A stretch of 64,000 nucleotides of DNA from a virus: IMG/VR virus record IMGVR_UViG_3300021963_000109, positions 4,224 to 68,223 of that record. One strand, written 5' to 3'. Below the pieces are notes generated by a model that made no database searches, had not been told where the DNA came from, and saw only the letters and a list, made by a program, of their open reading frames with translations. Shown in pieces: positions 18,434 through 30,600 of the stretch; the first letter of the stretch is position 1; each line of letters starts with the position of its first letter. The position numbers and the translations under genes are program-made.

Positions 18434-21400
18434 TTACGGGGTTATAACTAAAGTTACAGTTCCTGAACATTGTGATGATGTTAATCCTCCAGTAACTATC
18501 GTATTATAATTTGGAGCTCCCCCTGATAAAGAGTTTAGATCTGTATAAGGATATTGGGTATTCACGCACGCTTGCCAAGCAACCCCTGACATTCCACTAT
18601 TTATCGTAAACGGAGCAGTTGCCCAGGTTCCGCTTGTTCCTGTATCATAATCATACCAGGTACCAGTCAGGGTTACACTGTATGTACATACTGCTGGCTC
18701 ATTTAGGTATAATCTAACACTCTCTCCCGTACCTCTAACTATTGTGTATCCTGTTTTAGTACTAGCAGGAGGAGCAATTATAGTATATGTATCGGTGCCT
18801 GAGTATGATGAAGTAGCAGGGGATCCTGAGCAATTGGTCTGTAATCTATAATATGTCGTTACAATCGGCTCAGTTATTGTGATCGGACTAGTTGTTCCTG
18901 CTGTACTTTGTGTCCATGTCGAATTATCAATTGACGATTCAAGGGTTACTGAAGTAGCATTAGTTCCGCTGTTTGCAAGGGTGAAGACAATTGATATTTG
19001 TCCTCCTCCAATGGAAGTTATTGTATCTATAGAAGGAGCACTATCACAAGCAGAAGCAGGTGATGGCGTCGGTGTTGGTGGCGTTGGCGGTGTCGGCGTT
19101 GGCGTCGGACTAGGACTAGGAGCAGGTGTTCCTGAATATTTAGTAGAGCTCGTAGTAAAATAGGAGAAGTTTCCATATAGGTACGAAGTAACGCCAGATC
19201 CAGCAGGAATATTGGAAACATTTAAATTTCCGCTTCCGTTATAGATATAAAGTCTTCCACTACCTTCATTAACAAAAGCACCAGAAAATTCAGCCTGCGT
19301 AGAAGAGCCGCTCGCGGAACCAACATAAATGATATAATTCATTGCCATGTTGATTGGACGAGTTTCCTGAGCAATTAGTGCTTCTGAATTTGCATCCTGT
19401 CCAGTATATTCAGTAATACCAGTAAGTTTATTAGGAGGATCACCAAATCCTTCTGTATTTTTGATAGCTGAGGTGTGTCCAAAGCTTGAATTCGTTGATC
19501 CCCTTTGTGAATATTGCCACCAATGAATTCCGTGTCTGTGTTGCTTAATAGCATCTTCCTGTGTTGTTCCCAAAGATGCAGAATCACCCCCAAGGCCTCT
19601 GACAAATTTACCTGATAGATTAGGTATATTAAAGGTTGAAAATCCGTCTCCTGATCCGTATGTTGTCCCGATTGCTGAGTATAAATCAGCGTAGCTAGAT
19701 CTTGATACAGCAGAACCGTCACAAATCATCCAACCAACAGGAGCAGAAGCACCTGGATAAATTTGTATTGTTCCTACAGGATTAACTCCACCTGTGCTAG
19801 TAACGTTTCCAAATCCCGATGCCTTCAATGAAATTAAAGGCATCGCAGGTGCAGAATATGAATTTGTAGCAGTTCCTAATCTAACCCTACTAAAATCTGG
19901 TGTATATGGGAATCCCGCTAAATACATATATCCATCAGGGGCAGAAGCAGATACACCAGAGGTTAAAGCATCAATCTTTACAACAAAGTCTACTTGAACA
20001 GTGTCACCTATTCTAGTGTATCTTGATTTAACTATTTTATATTTAGAGGAGTTCCAACCGGATTGTGTAACTCGAGGAACAAGTTCTAAAGTTCCAGACC
20101 AGTCACCCTCATCATAATAGTCCAAATTATTTGCAGCAGAAGAAAGGACAGAAGATAGATCAGAAGCGGAAGTAAAGGGTACACCCTTTGTTAAATATCC
20201 GTCGCTATCAAAACCAAAGAATGTAGTGTCGTCTGCTTTCTTTAATTGCAAAACATCGCCTCCAGCAATTCCGTCTGAGGTATCTTTTACTACTAAAGCA
20301 GCATCAACAGTAGCACTTTCTGCTAATCCTATTGCAACACCAGTAACATTAGTTTTATTAGCTAAAGGTGGATGTATATAAACACTTCCGCCCATTGCAG
20401 ATCCTGCAGCAGGAACAAACCCCGGTCCTATAACAATATTACCACTTTTGCCACTAAGGGAGCCGCCAGTTCCACCCGCCAAATATAATGATCCACCGCC
20501 GTAACTTCCCCCTTGGCTGGATCCTGCTTTTACTGAAACGTTTGCTCCAGTATCAGTTCCCGAGGCTTCCTGGATATAAATAAGGGAGTCTCTATCAGCT
20601 CCAGTTATTGATCCAAATCTGAATTGAAGATTTCCAATTCTATCTAATCTTAATCTAGTTATGTCATATCCCCCCGATGAACTGCTTGTAGCAAAATCTA
20701 TTCTAGAATCAGCTGCTGTGGATCCATCGATTGCAAAGGATATTCCAGCTGCTGCTATTGATGATGATTGTCCCTCTGCAACAATTCTTCCGTAAACTGA
20801 ATTATTGGTAGTAACTGCTGCTTTCAAAACTAACGCTCTTCCAGCAGAGGTTGAAGATGATGAAATAACTAATCCTTTTGTGCCTGATGTAGAAACAGAG
20901 TCACCAACAATAAAATTACCAGATGATAATCCGTAGTTAGGGCTGTATCTCATTACAGATCCCTCTGCGTAATAAGCACCAGTTCCATAGTTATTGAAAG
21001 AGTTTGTGGACCCGGCTCTTGTTATTGTAACATTCAAAGCATTAGCCTGAATATTACTGGAAGCTACAAAAGAAATATTATTGGAAAGTGGGACATTAAA
21101 ATCATTACCAGGGGTTTTGATGTTAAAATTTCCTCCGGGATTTGTAAAATCAAGATTATAACCGCTTGCAGAGGTCCAAAGAAATCTTGGATTTTTTCCT
21201 TGACTATAAGATGGACTTGAATAGTTGATAGCGTCTTGATCTGCCCTACCAAAAGAGAGCAGGGTTGCCATAGCGGAAGAAGGATCCGTAGCAATTTTTA
21301 ACTTAGCTCTTTCACTGTTTAAACCGAATTGACCAAGGTTGGTATAGTTATATCCAGGTGCACCTCCAGAAGCTCCGTAATCGCTTAATAACAAGCCATA

Positions 21401-21874
21401 CGTGTGACTAAATTGGGTGTTATGTAATAAAACTCTTTCTCCAGCACTAAGATTAATATCATCAACCGCAGTAAAAGCAGACTGGGTATCAATATAAACG
21501 CCAGAATAATCCCAGCCTAATGTTCCGCCACCTAAATCATTATAAACATATATTCCATAAGGATTTGCCCCAGTTTCACCGGCTAACCAGTAATCACCCA
21601 ATTCAGGTTCACCCCAAGGAGTTGGATACGTGCCAACATTTAAAGCAGAGGGGGCAACTGGTTGAACATACCATCTAGCTCCTCTTAGTCCTTGAGGACC
21701 AGTAGGTCCTTGAATTCCTTGAGGACCGATAGGACCGGTAGCGCCTCTAATTCCTTGTGATCCCTGAGGTCCACCCCCAGCAGTCAAAATCTGATCAAAG
21801 TTATAATTAACTTTGTCAATAAGAATTGTTTGGCTGTCACCGGAAAGTATATTCAATAGATTAATCTTTGGCAT
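18434..21874 (-). CDS. Tail fibre protein (collagen repeat, tail-collar domain, PT linker)
   Basis: About 10 G-X-Y triplets; PVGTI...GWMICDGSAVSR..YADLY.AIG...PNLSGKFVRG collar; PSPSPTPTPTPP. Confidence 0.8.
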   Translation of the reverse strand: MPKINLLNILSGDSQTILIDKVNYNFDQILTAGGGPQGSQGIRGATGPIGPQGIQGPTGPQGLRGARWYVQPVAPSALNVGTYPTPWGEPELGDYWLAGETGANPYGIYVYNDLGGGTLGWDYSGVYIDTQSAFTAVDDINLSAGERVLLHNTQFSHTYGLLLSDYGASGGAPGYNYTNLGQFGLNSERAKLKIATDPSSAMATLLSFGRADQDAINYSSPSYSQGKNPRFLWTSASGYNLDFTNPGGNFNIKTPGNDFNVPLSNNISFVASSNIQANALNVTITRAGSTNSFNNYGTGAYYAEGSVMRYSPNYGLSSGNFIVGDSVSTSGTKGLVISSSSTSAGRALVLKAAVTTNNSVYGRIVAEGQSSSIAAAGISFAIDGSTAADSRIDFATSSSSGGYDITRLRLDRIGNLQFRFGSITGADRDSLIYIQEASGTDTGANVSVKAGSSQGGSYGGGSLYLAGGTGGSLSGKSGNIVIGPGFVPAAGSAMGGSVYIHPPLANKTNVTGVAIGLAESATVDAALVVKDTSDGIAGGDVLQLKKADDTTFFGFDSDGYLTKGVPFTSASDLSSVLSSAANNLDYYDEGDWSGTLELVPRVTQSGWNSSKYKIVKSRYTRIGDTVQVDFVVKIDALTSGVSASAPDGYMYLAGFPYTPDFSRVRLGTATNSYSAPAMPLISLKASGFGNVTSTGGVNPVGTIQIYPGASAPVGWMICDGSAVSRSSYADLYSAIGTTYGSGDGFSTFNIPNLSGKFVRGLGGDSASLGTTQEDAIKQHRHGIHWWQYSQRGSTNSSFGHTSAIKNTEGFGDPPNKLTGITEYTGQDANSEALIAQETRPINMAMNYIIYVGSASGSSTQAEFSGAFVNEGSGRLYIYNGSGNLNVSNIPAGSGVTSYLYGNFSYFTTSSTKYSGTPAPSPSPTPTPTPPTPPTPTPSPASACDSAPSIDTITSIGGGQISIVFTLANSGTNATSVTLESSIDNSTWTQSTAGTTSPITITEPIVTTYYRLQTNCSGSPATSSYSGTDTYTIIAPPASTKTGYTIVRGTGESVRLYLNEPAVCTYSVTLTGTWYDYDTGTSGTWATAPFTINSGMSGVAWQACVNTQYPYTDLNSLSGGAPNYNTIVTGGLTSSQCSGTVTLVITP

Positions 21875-21893
21875 CTCTAATTCTTAGTTTTTA

Positions 21894-21901
21894 TATATAT
21901 C
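21894..21901 (-). promoter_or_regulatory. Late-promoter-like motif GATATATA
   Basis: 19 nt upstream of the tail fibre ATG. Confidence 0.55.
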
Positions 21902-21916
21902 ATCTTTTTAGCTCCC

Positions 21917-24900
21917 TTATATTTTTCCTATTAAAAATGAGAAGGCTACTGAATAATCATAAGCCGGGTCCTTCTGAAATCTAAATTCGTATTGTAAGGA
22001 TCCCCTTTTTGTTATGTTATTATTAGTGGATTTCACAAATCCATTTTTCATTTTGTCAAAATCAGCAAGATCACTTACTATAGGTGGTAAATCAATTCCA
22101 GCGGTTTTTTGGATCTTTTTAATCCAGACTGATATTTCTTTTGCTTCGTACTGAGGTATAACATTTAATTTTATATACTCATCAACATCATCAGATAAGA
22201 CGGTCTCACTTCCAACACCAAACTCTGATACTAATAAGGAATAAAATTTCTTACCAATTCCTCCATCATTAAAATGTTTAATTGCAGTCCTGTCGGCAAG
22301 AAGTAAAGCCTTGATTTCATTTTCAGTTTCTTCCCAAAGAATTTCATATTTAGGATACAAATCAATTTGTACATTGAATACATCATTGATAGAAGAGACA
22401 TATTTTAATTGTAAAGGCTCTTTTATCGTATTCGGGGTTTTCATTACCTTACTTCCAAAAAATGATTTTTGCTCTAGCATATTTTTAGATCCGGGAAGAT
22501 TTGAAAATGATTTGGAAGAAATATATTCTTTGTATCTTCCAGGGTCCCAGGTACTTTCAAATATGAATAAATCTCTTCGGTCTATTGGGGTTTCTCCTAT
22601 AAGATTATATTCTGGTTTATATCCGCTCTTTGGATCAATTCTAAAAGGATTGTTTTTAGCATACTTATAATAATTAGTATTTCTAATAAATCCAAAAAAT
22701 TCTTTATTTACCCCTAGAGTCACATTCTTATACTCTAATCCTTCCGTGACAATAGAAACGTTTCCAGCATATCCTTCGCCCTGAATTTCATAATAGATAT
22801 TCTCCGGAGCATCTTGTGGAACAATGAAATATGCTCCGGTCAAACCAGAATTAAAGTAAAAACCATCTGCGTATAAATCAGAGGTATCTCCAGAATCCTT
22901 AACTTGAGAAAGAACAAAATTTTTCTTAACTGGGAATAGATCAGGAGAAGCTGAATATCCCAAACCTGCAAAATTTTCAAAATTAAAATAATATGTATTT
23001 CCTCTTACTAGTCTTAACTTTTTTCTTGTATCTCCATCTATTAAAATCTCATAATTAGATCCAACTCCATAGAAAGATGAATCTTTTGTTTTTTCTTTTA
23101 ATGATACAGTGAATTCAAATCCTCCTGTAGTATTTTGATCATAAGAAAATACATCATTCTTGATACTATCAAAATGTAAAACATCTCTAAATTTAGGAGA
23201 ATATCCCCCGCCATATCTAAAGAATTCCGTTAATGCGTCTTCTTCCGCTATTTGATATCCAACGAGAGTACTAGAAAAATCTTCAGGCTTAATTGTTTCT
23301 TCTATAGGAATTTTTCTAGTAGTTTGTAAGAATGATGAAGGTTTTACAAATTCCAAAACAAAAGTATTAGAATCAATGACAGTTTGATTTGTGTCTGCAT
23401 CCCAATAGCTTCTAGTATATTTAATGTATCTACTATCCTCCTTAAATAATTTATAAATTTCAGGAAATGATATTTTAGTAAAAACTGAATCCCAATAATT
23501 TTCACCGGCTAAAGATTGATATACAGCTAAATCATCTATGGTATTATATGAAACGGGAATTGGAACGTTTATAAACGTTGGTGCTGAATATCCTAAATTG
23601 GTATAATCAAAATAATATCCAGTTCCGCCTCCGTAGTATACCTCATTAAAATTAAGATAATTCTTACCGGTTCCAACTGGCCAAGGAGCTCTCATTAAAT
23701 AAGTTCCTGGCGTATTTCTTTTAGGAGAGAAAAGGGTATATGGATAAATGACACCGTTTAGTTTCAAAGCATCTCTACTTCCGATTCCAGTAACTGGTGT
23801 AATTGGGGAATAAAACTTAACCTCCTCTCTTAAATCAGTATCATAATCAGGATTAGATGCGATAGGAACAATACCTGTCCCATTAGCTGTTGAAGAGTTT
23901 ACTAAAGGTAAAATTCCTATAGTGCCCCTTGAAGAATAATTTAATCCGCTACTTAATTTTATAAAGGTGTTACTAGAAAAAAGAACACCACCAGATGATC
24001 CCCTCTCATACTCCGTTGTCCCAGTACCACCTCTAACAGAGTGTCTAACTTTATTTTTTAACGAGTATAATCCGAAATAATCAGATCCGCCATAAATTCC
24101 TGTTGGATTATAATACCAGGATCCTGTTGCGTTACTAAACGTTGCATTTGCATCAGTTCCTGCATCGTATATTAAGGATGCAAATTTTTCAGGGTCAATG
24201 AATCTGCTATCATTATTAACGACAGTAATAAGAAGGGTCACAGTCTTGAATTGATCATTCTGATGAACCTTAAAAGTTATAGGGGCATTAACAATATATG
24301 GGTCCGGATCGTCTATTGATTTTAAAACACAGGTAAATTTGTAGTCTTTAAATTTCTGATCCCCGAATTTAAATGAATTTCTATTGCTGGTTTGAACTGA
24401 AAAATCTGTCCTTTCTTTAATTCTAACCTTCACCCCTCTAAACAGGGTTTCAGAATATCCCGATGATTGATTATAATCAAAATAGGTATAAAATGATTCA
24501 GCAGGTTTTTTTCTAACATCGCTAAACCTTACATTATCTAAATTATAGTAATCCTCCCCATCGACAGTAAAATAATCTTCAAAATAATCTCGAGAAGAAG
24601 GGTCTGTATTCTGTAAATCAGATAAACTAATCCCTCCTGTAGGTCCAGGACAATAATTCGAGGTATTCTTTAAAAGGTTAGAAGTTGCATCAATAGGAAC
24701 TTTCTCTAGCACATACCATTCGTTGGTAAAATATAAGGGATCTCTTCCAGAGCTAAAGAAGCTAGGCGAAAAATTCAAAGGTGTAAAGGTATTACTCGAA
24801 TTCAGTCTATAATCATTTCCTCTTGCATCTATACCTCCCTCATATACCCATTTAGTAATATAAGGATTTATTCTAGATTTTAAAGTTAATGATCTTTGAT

Positions 24901-27607
24901 AATTTTCCTTAAGTACATCATATTCATTGGAAGCCTTCCCGAATTCCATTTGTTCTTTTTTAGTGGAAATTCCGTCTCCGTCATTTAGATATTTAATTTC
25001 CTGCAATCCAACAAATCCTGGGAATCTGTCTATGTCTACTAAAGGATCATTAATTCCGTCACTAATTGCATCGGTAATTGAATTAACATAAAGGGAAGGA
25101 ACTACATTAGATCTTGATGAGGTAGATGATTGTATAAGAGTATATGATGTTACCCCGGCAACACCTCTAAAAATAAAATTGGAAGAAGGCCCGTAATTAA
25201 CCCCATTATATCTAACGATGGCACCAGAAGCAACAGCATAATCTATTCCCTCTCTAATTGAATCGGTACCTGGCTGAATATCAACATATCTAAAATATTC
25301 ATCAGTTGGTGTATTTCCATATTTACTAGACCAAAAATCAATATCCAAATCTTTCAGCGGATAAATTGAAAATGCCCCAGATTCTACTTCTATTAGCTGT
25401 TCAACAATGATAGTTCCTAAACTACCGAAAAGAATAGTATGTGTATGATCTTCTATCTCTATAATTGAATGGGTAGAATAATCCTTAATTATTCCATTGG
25501 ATAATTCTGATTCATCCTCATCAATGCATTTACCTATAAATTTAATCTTAGATAAACCGGAATTAGTTTTTATATAATTAGAGGTTGTGATTTTTGCAGC
25601 ATCCTCTTTTTTAATTTTTATTCTAGTATTTGAATATTTAGATCCTCCAATAAATTTATAAGGAGCTGTTATATCAATTGAATCTATTTCATCTATAAAA
25701 ATTTTACCAGAAGATGTAAAATTTACTTGATTATAATAATCTGCATAAACATAAACAGAAAATATATCATCATTTCTAACATCACTTCCCTCTGTTCTTA
25801 TTACAATTTCATTTCCTATATTGAATGCCTTGTAAGATTTATAATTAACACTGTTAAGTACCCCTGCTATTGCTTCAGCAATCTGCTCTTTGGTACCGAA
25901 TGGATGAAAATAATATGCTCCACTTTCATCAGTAAAACTTCCAACACCCCATCCAGGTTTAACATATGTCATATCAGATGCAACAAAATAATCATATCTC
26001 TTGTTACCTGAAATATATTGACCGAAGGGGTGATATAAAATTATTGCATTGTTCGGTGTAAGCTCTCCTTCTATTCTTACTATAGTATAGGATCTACCAG
26101 TATCCTTAGCAAGTTCTGCCTTGTACTCTTTTGTTTTTTCTGGATCTGCTCCTGAAAATACTGAAAGATCTAGATTTTTATTCTTAAGAATAATTAGATT
26201 TTCTTGAGCTGTTCCCGTACCCCATTTATCATCATCAACAGCTGATCCTGAGTAATCTTTAATTTGTTTAAAAGAATAAAAGTCGTCGTTCTTATCCTTA
26301 ACATAAAGAATCTTAAGCCTATCGTTTACGTGAACATCCTCCGATGTTGGGATGTGTCCCCAGGTGGTTTCGGAATCTATAAATACTCTTATTCCATTTT
26401 CATTCTCCTGATAAAAAGGAGAAGTCATTATCTTAGAAATTTGTAACGGGGATTTTGGCTCCGGAAAATTTCCAACAGAGATCGATTGATTATAGAATAA
26501 ATCCCCAGAGATTTGAAATTTACCAGTAGGAATATCGTCAACATATAATCCAAAGTATCTATTTATACTATAAAGATCCGCATTAGGATCGTCAAATAAA
26601 AATTCAAGATTTAATAAATTATAAGAGACTATTCCATTTCTTCTAAATCCATCAGTAATATATTCTTCAAATTCTATAATGTTAGAATCATTGTTAAATA
26701 TATTATAAATGTATTCTCCTTTTTTTGCAAAAACCCCATCTTTAATAGAAGCTCCACTATAAGTTGTTAAAGAATCCTTTTCAAATCTAACATCAATAAG
26801 GGATTGGGTATAGTTAGAAAAATTTTGAATTTTTCTTAAATATTTTCCAATATTAGAATCTTCCTGTAATGAATATGTGGATACTATCGAAGATTTAGGA
26901 AGGATGTTATCGATAAAATGCTCTTGGATGTTTCCAATTTTTGAAGTATTATATTCTGCATCAATTAGAATAACACTACCATTTCCCTGGATCTCACTAA
27001 ATGTTGCTATTGTAGCAGTAAAAGATTCACCAGCAGAATATTGAACTCCTCCTGATGATATAGTGTACTTGCTGTAATTAGATGAAGTCGTATCAACATC
27101 ATAATCTTCCAAAACCTTGTAGACCTTTCCTATCTCAAGTGAAGTAACTTTAATTACGTAAGAAAAATCTATCGGATCGTCTATTCTAAAAATTACAAAA
27201 TATTTAGGAATTTTTTTCCCGAGCCAAAAGGGTGATATGTATGAAAAATTTTCATTGTAAACATCAGAAATCAAAGGAACTGCTCCCGCATGATAAAATC
27301 CGTCATACTGATCAACTAAGGTATTAGTATAAGTATCTTTTAATCTATCTTCGTTTTTTAATCCAAAAATAAAATTATAAGGGGTTTTACCTTGTGAAAA
27401 GAAATTATATAGGTCCTGAGCATAATTAGTATCTGAGGATATCTTAAATCCCTTGTATTGATTTTTTGACATCTCGTCATTTGAATCAATAGAATTAAGC
27501 CAAAGATTCTCTGAAGAATCTACTGTAATTTTTACGTTTCCAGAAATTCTAGGATTGGATCTGACGATTCCAAACGAAGATTTGTATTTTTCTTTTTTAT
27601 CTGCCAT
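21917..27607 (-). CDS. Large virion structural protein (probably baseplate-associated)
   Basis: 1896 aa ORF in the structural operon; no motif recognised. Confidence 0.55.
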   Translation of the reverse strand: MADKKEKYKSSFGIVRSNPRISGNVKITVDSSENLWLNSIDSNDEMSKNQYKGFKISSDTNYAQDLYNFFSQGKTPYNFIFGLKNEDRLKDTYTNTLVDQYDGFYHAGAVPLISDVYNENFSYISPFWLGKKIPKYFVIFRIDDPIDFSYVIKVTSLEIGKVYKVLEDYDVDTTSSNYSKYTISSGGVQYSAGESFTATIATFSEIQGNGSVILIDAEYNTSKIGNIQEHFIDNILPKSSIVSTYSLQEDSNIGKYLRKIQNFSNYTQSLIDVRFEKDSLTTYSGASIKDGVFAKKGEYIYNIFNNDSNIIEFEEYITDGFRRNGIVSYNLLNLEFLFDDPNADLYSINRYFGLYVDDIPTGKFQISGDLFYNQSISVGNFPEPKSPLQISKIMTSPFYQENENGIRVFIDSETTWGHIPTSEDVHVNDRLKILYVKDKNDDFYSFKQIKDYSGSAVDDDKWGTGTAQENLIILKNKNLDLSVFSGADPEKTKEYKAELAKDTGRSYTIVRIEGELTPNNAIILYHPFGQYISGNKRYDYFVASDMTYVKPGWGVGSFTDESGAYYFHPFGTKEQIAEAIAGVLNSVNYKSYKAFNIGNEIVIRTEGSDVRNDDIFSVYVYADYYNQVNFTSSGKIFIDEIDSIDITAPYKFIGGSKYSNTRIKIKKEDAAKITTSNYIKTNSGLSKIKFIGKCIDEDESELSNGIIKDYSTHSIIEIEDHTHTILFGSLGTIIVEQLIEVESGAFSIYPLKDLDIDFWSSKYGNTPTDEYFRYVDIQPGTDSIREGIDYAVASGAIVRYNGVNYGPSSNFIFRGVAGVTSYTLIQSSTSSRSNVVPSLYVNSITDAISDGINDPLVDIDRFPGFVGLQEIKYLNDGDGISTKKEQMEFGKASNEYDVLKENYQRSLTLKSRINPYITKWVYEGGIDARGNDYRLNSSNTFTPLNFSPSFFSSGRDPLYFTNEWYVLEKVPIDATSNLLKNTSNYCPGPTGGISLSDLQNTDPSSRDYFEDYFTVDGEDYYNLDNVRFSDVRKKPAESFYTYFDYNQSSGYSETLFRGVKVRIKERTDFSVQTSNRNSFKFGDQKFKDYKFTCVLKSIDDPDPYIVNAPITFKVHQNDQFKTVTLLITVVNNDSRFIDPEKFASLIYDAGTDANATFSNATGSWYYNPTGIYGGSDYFGLYSLKNKVRHSVRGGTGTTEYERGSSGGVLFSSNTFIKLSSGLNYSSRGTIGILPLVNSSTANGTGIVPIASNPDYDTDLREEVKFYSPITPVTGIGSRDALKLNGVIYPYTLFSPKRNTPGTYLMRAPWPVGTGKNYLNFNEVYYGGGTGYYFDYTNLGYSAPTFINVPIPVSYNTIDDLAVYQSLAGENYWDSVFTKISFPEIYKLFKEDSRYIKYTRSYWDADTNQTVIDSNTFVLEFVKPSSFLQTTRKIPIEETIKPEDFSSTLVGYQIAEEDALTEFFRYGGGYSPKFRDVLHFDSIKNDVFSYDQNTTGGFEFTVSLKEKTKDSSFYGVGSNYEILIDGDTRKKLRLVRGNTYYFNFENFAGLGYSASPDLFPVKKNFVLSQVKDSGDTSDLYADGFYFNSGLTGAYFIVPQDAPENIYYEIQGEGYAGNVSIVTEGLEYKNVTLGVNKEFFGFIRNTNYYKYAKNNPFRIDPKSGYKPEYNLIGETPIDRRDLFIFESTWDPGRYKEYISSKSFSNLPGSKNMLEQKSFFGSKVMKTPNTIKEPLQLKYVSSINDVFNVQIDLYPKYEILWEETENEIKALLLADRTAIKHFNDGGIGKKFYSLLVSEFGVGSETVLSDDVDEYIKLNVIPQYEAKEISVWIKKIQKTAGIDLPPIVSDLADFDKMKNGFVKSTNNNITKRGSLQYEFRFQKDPAYDYSVAFSFLIGKI

Positions 27608-27609
27608 CT

Positions 27610-30600
27610 TTAGATCTGAGCTAATCTTCTATAGCCGAGGTTATCTCTGAAACTTGAATAAATCGGTGAAGTTAGAGCAGTCTTAGTATAGCTACCACTA
27701 ACAACCAAGTCAAAGGAGAATAGTTCCTCGTTGCTTACCTTTATATCTATTCCTAATTTTTTAGAGTATGTTATATTACGAATAGTTCCAGTTGATCTAT
27801 ATCCTCCGATATAACCTAGTTTATCTTGGGATCTCATCTGGAATATAACAGGAATAACAATTGCATTCTGTGTTCCAGATTCTAGAGATTTAACAGCAAG
27901 AGTTGTTGATCCTTCAACCTGTATTGGAGAGTGACTAGAAGGAGCCATGAACAAATAAGCTCCGCATGAATATTTTCCTAAAAGGTACTCGTCATTTGAT
28001 TCAAATCCTAATTTTCCAGGATATGCATGATTATCAGTTCCATAACTTGTATTATTAATCTGGGTATAAGCTAGTTGTTGATAATGCTTAGTCTGATTAG
28101 TAATAGAAGGATCAAAGCTGTCTGAAGTAGAAGCCTGGAATCCAGCAGCATGTCTAAATGCAGGATAATTAAATCCGGTTGTTCCTTGTGTTGGTCTAAC
28201 AAAATTTCCAAAATATTTTGGAGTAGGTGTAGAAGGAGTTGCAGCTTCTGCTACAATAACTGGGTGATTTATATGTACACAAAATTCATTAAGTCTTCCA
28301 TTTCCGTCTGGTGTTCCTCCACTGTAAGTTCCTATCCAAACACTGCTGTTAGAACTTCCTGGAGTAGAAGTACCCCCAGGTAAGAATGGAACTAAAACGC
28401 CCTGATCTTGTGGAACGTAGCTTGATCCTGATGTTACTCCGGTTTGATCGTTCCAGGTAGTTGAAGTAACAGGTGTAAAATAAACATCCTCATCCAGTCC
28501 AACTGATTTATATCTCGAGTAAATAAATTGAGAATTTGAATTTCCAGATTGATAAGGAGCTGCCTGAATAAATGCAGAAGATCCTGATATATTAGGTCTT
28601 ACATCAGATGGTTTAATTCCAGTTAAGGATATTGGAGTTAAATCATACTTTCTAACAGAAGAATAATCTGCAGTAGCTTTAGGATCTGTATTTGCCAAAG
28701 CTATCACATTTTGACCTCCTGGAATTATAGAAGCAAGCTCTAGCTTAGAAGCAGTTTCGTTTCTTAGCTCTATTGTATATTGTGTGCTTACTATTTTTCC
28801 ATAATTTGACGTATTAGTAAGATCTAAAAGCTCATCGTAATATCCTGCAAATAATTCAATTACTGATCCCCTCTTAGCAGGAATAAGATTTGTTCCATCG
28901 TTAATATAAACAGTAAGAATTCCTTTAGCAACATTAATCATTGCTTTCAAGTTAGCTATTTCCTGATCCATCGAAAGCAGTTTCTGGTAAAGATCCAGGG
29001 ATTTTCCTGTACTGTCATAAAATCCAGAAAAGATTGTATCCCCAACGTGTGCATAATACTTATCTCCGCTATTGAAAGAGGTCGAAAGATGAGCATCAAG
29101 TCCTCTTGATGTTAAATCCTGCTGTAAAGCAACAAGAACCTGATCATTTTTATTCTGATCAACATACTGGGTATTTCCGTTTCCTGTTGTTAATTCCTCC
29201 GGAAAATCTATAAGGACTGAAGTAGAAAAATCAGATTCAGCCGGATTCATAGGCCATCCAGCTTCAGAAATAGAAGAAACCTTGATTTCTACTTTTTCTC
29301 CAGCATTAATAGGAATATCCAATTGGTTTATATTAGGAACGTCACCGTTCTGAACATCCTCATCTAACCAATAATATTTTTTAGTTGTTGTATTGTATCC
29401 CTTTTTTCTAATGTCTGTTTTATACTCAATCCAGTTACTGTATGTTCCTCTTCTTTCCGTCCCATCATTATCAGAGAATTTAATCTCATCAGCAGAGGTT
29501 GCATTTCCCTGTTTAGTCAAATATCTATATCTAACTCTAAATTGTATTACCTCTTGAGATCCTGTTTTTGCATCAGTAACTGCTTCAGGAATAGGCCAGA
29601 ATCCTCTAACTCTATATTTAGGTGATTCTGATATTTCAGGTGCACTTGAAGTGATATTATTTAGATCTTGAATAATGGTTTGCAATAAAGAGGTCTTAGT
29701 TGCTTTTTCCTTAGTTAATGAATCTATTTTAGCAAGTAAACTTTCCCTAGTTGAGCTAGAAGACTTTGTTATAGAATCACTAACAATTGCAGATATTTCA
29801 TTTCTTGTTTGATCTATAGATTTGTTAATTGCTTCTATCTCATTTTGAATCTTAACTTTGGTTTGTACACTACTAGAAAACTTATCAGAAGTAGTTGTTT
29901 GTGTTATCTGCTTGTTAATCTGAACTACCTTGAAATTAGCAGAACTTAATACAGGAGAATTTGGAACAATAGAATAAACCGAAGGAATTACCTTTTCTTT
30001 CGTGTTTGATAAAAATTGAGATCCAAAATCTGAAACCTGATTTTTATAAAAATCATCCAATGTCATAGTTCCCTCTGATGTGTTTATTAACATCTCATTG
30101 GAATAAAAAACTACACCATTGCTGTATGAAGATCCAGTAACATGGTATTCATCATTAATAGCTTTAATAAAAACTGCCTGTCTTTCATCGTGACCGAGAT
30201 TAACATTAACCTGGAGTGGTGAAAGAACTTCGGAATCAAGCTTTAATGCACCATCCCCAATTGGAACTGGTTCATATCCGCTAATTCTTCTTAATACTAC
30301 AGTAGATTCGGATAGATCAATATTAGTAATTTCAAATCTACTTCCCCCCGACGTCATAAGTTTATCACCAACCTTAAGTTGTCTGTCAGCATTGGAAGAG
30401 CTTGCTATGATATCTTTATATGAGGTTAAATCTAATTTGTATTTTCTTACATTTTGATTTATTGTTTGTCCACCTACTGTAACAGGGATGGTTTGATCAA
30501 ATACTCTAAGTACAGAAAAAGATCCGGTATATCTAATAACCTGCAAAGGTAGTTCAACTGTATCCTCGTCTATAAAATAGGTAATTCCCTGGCCAGTTAG

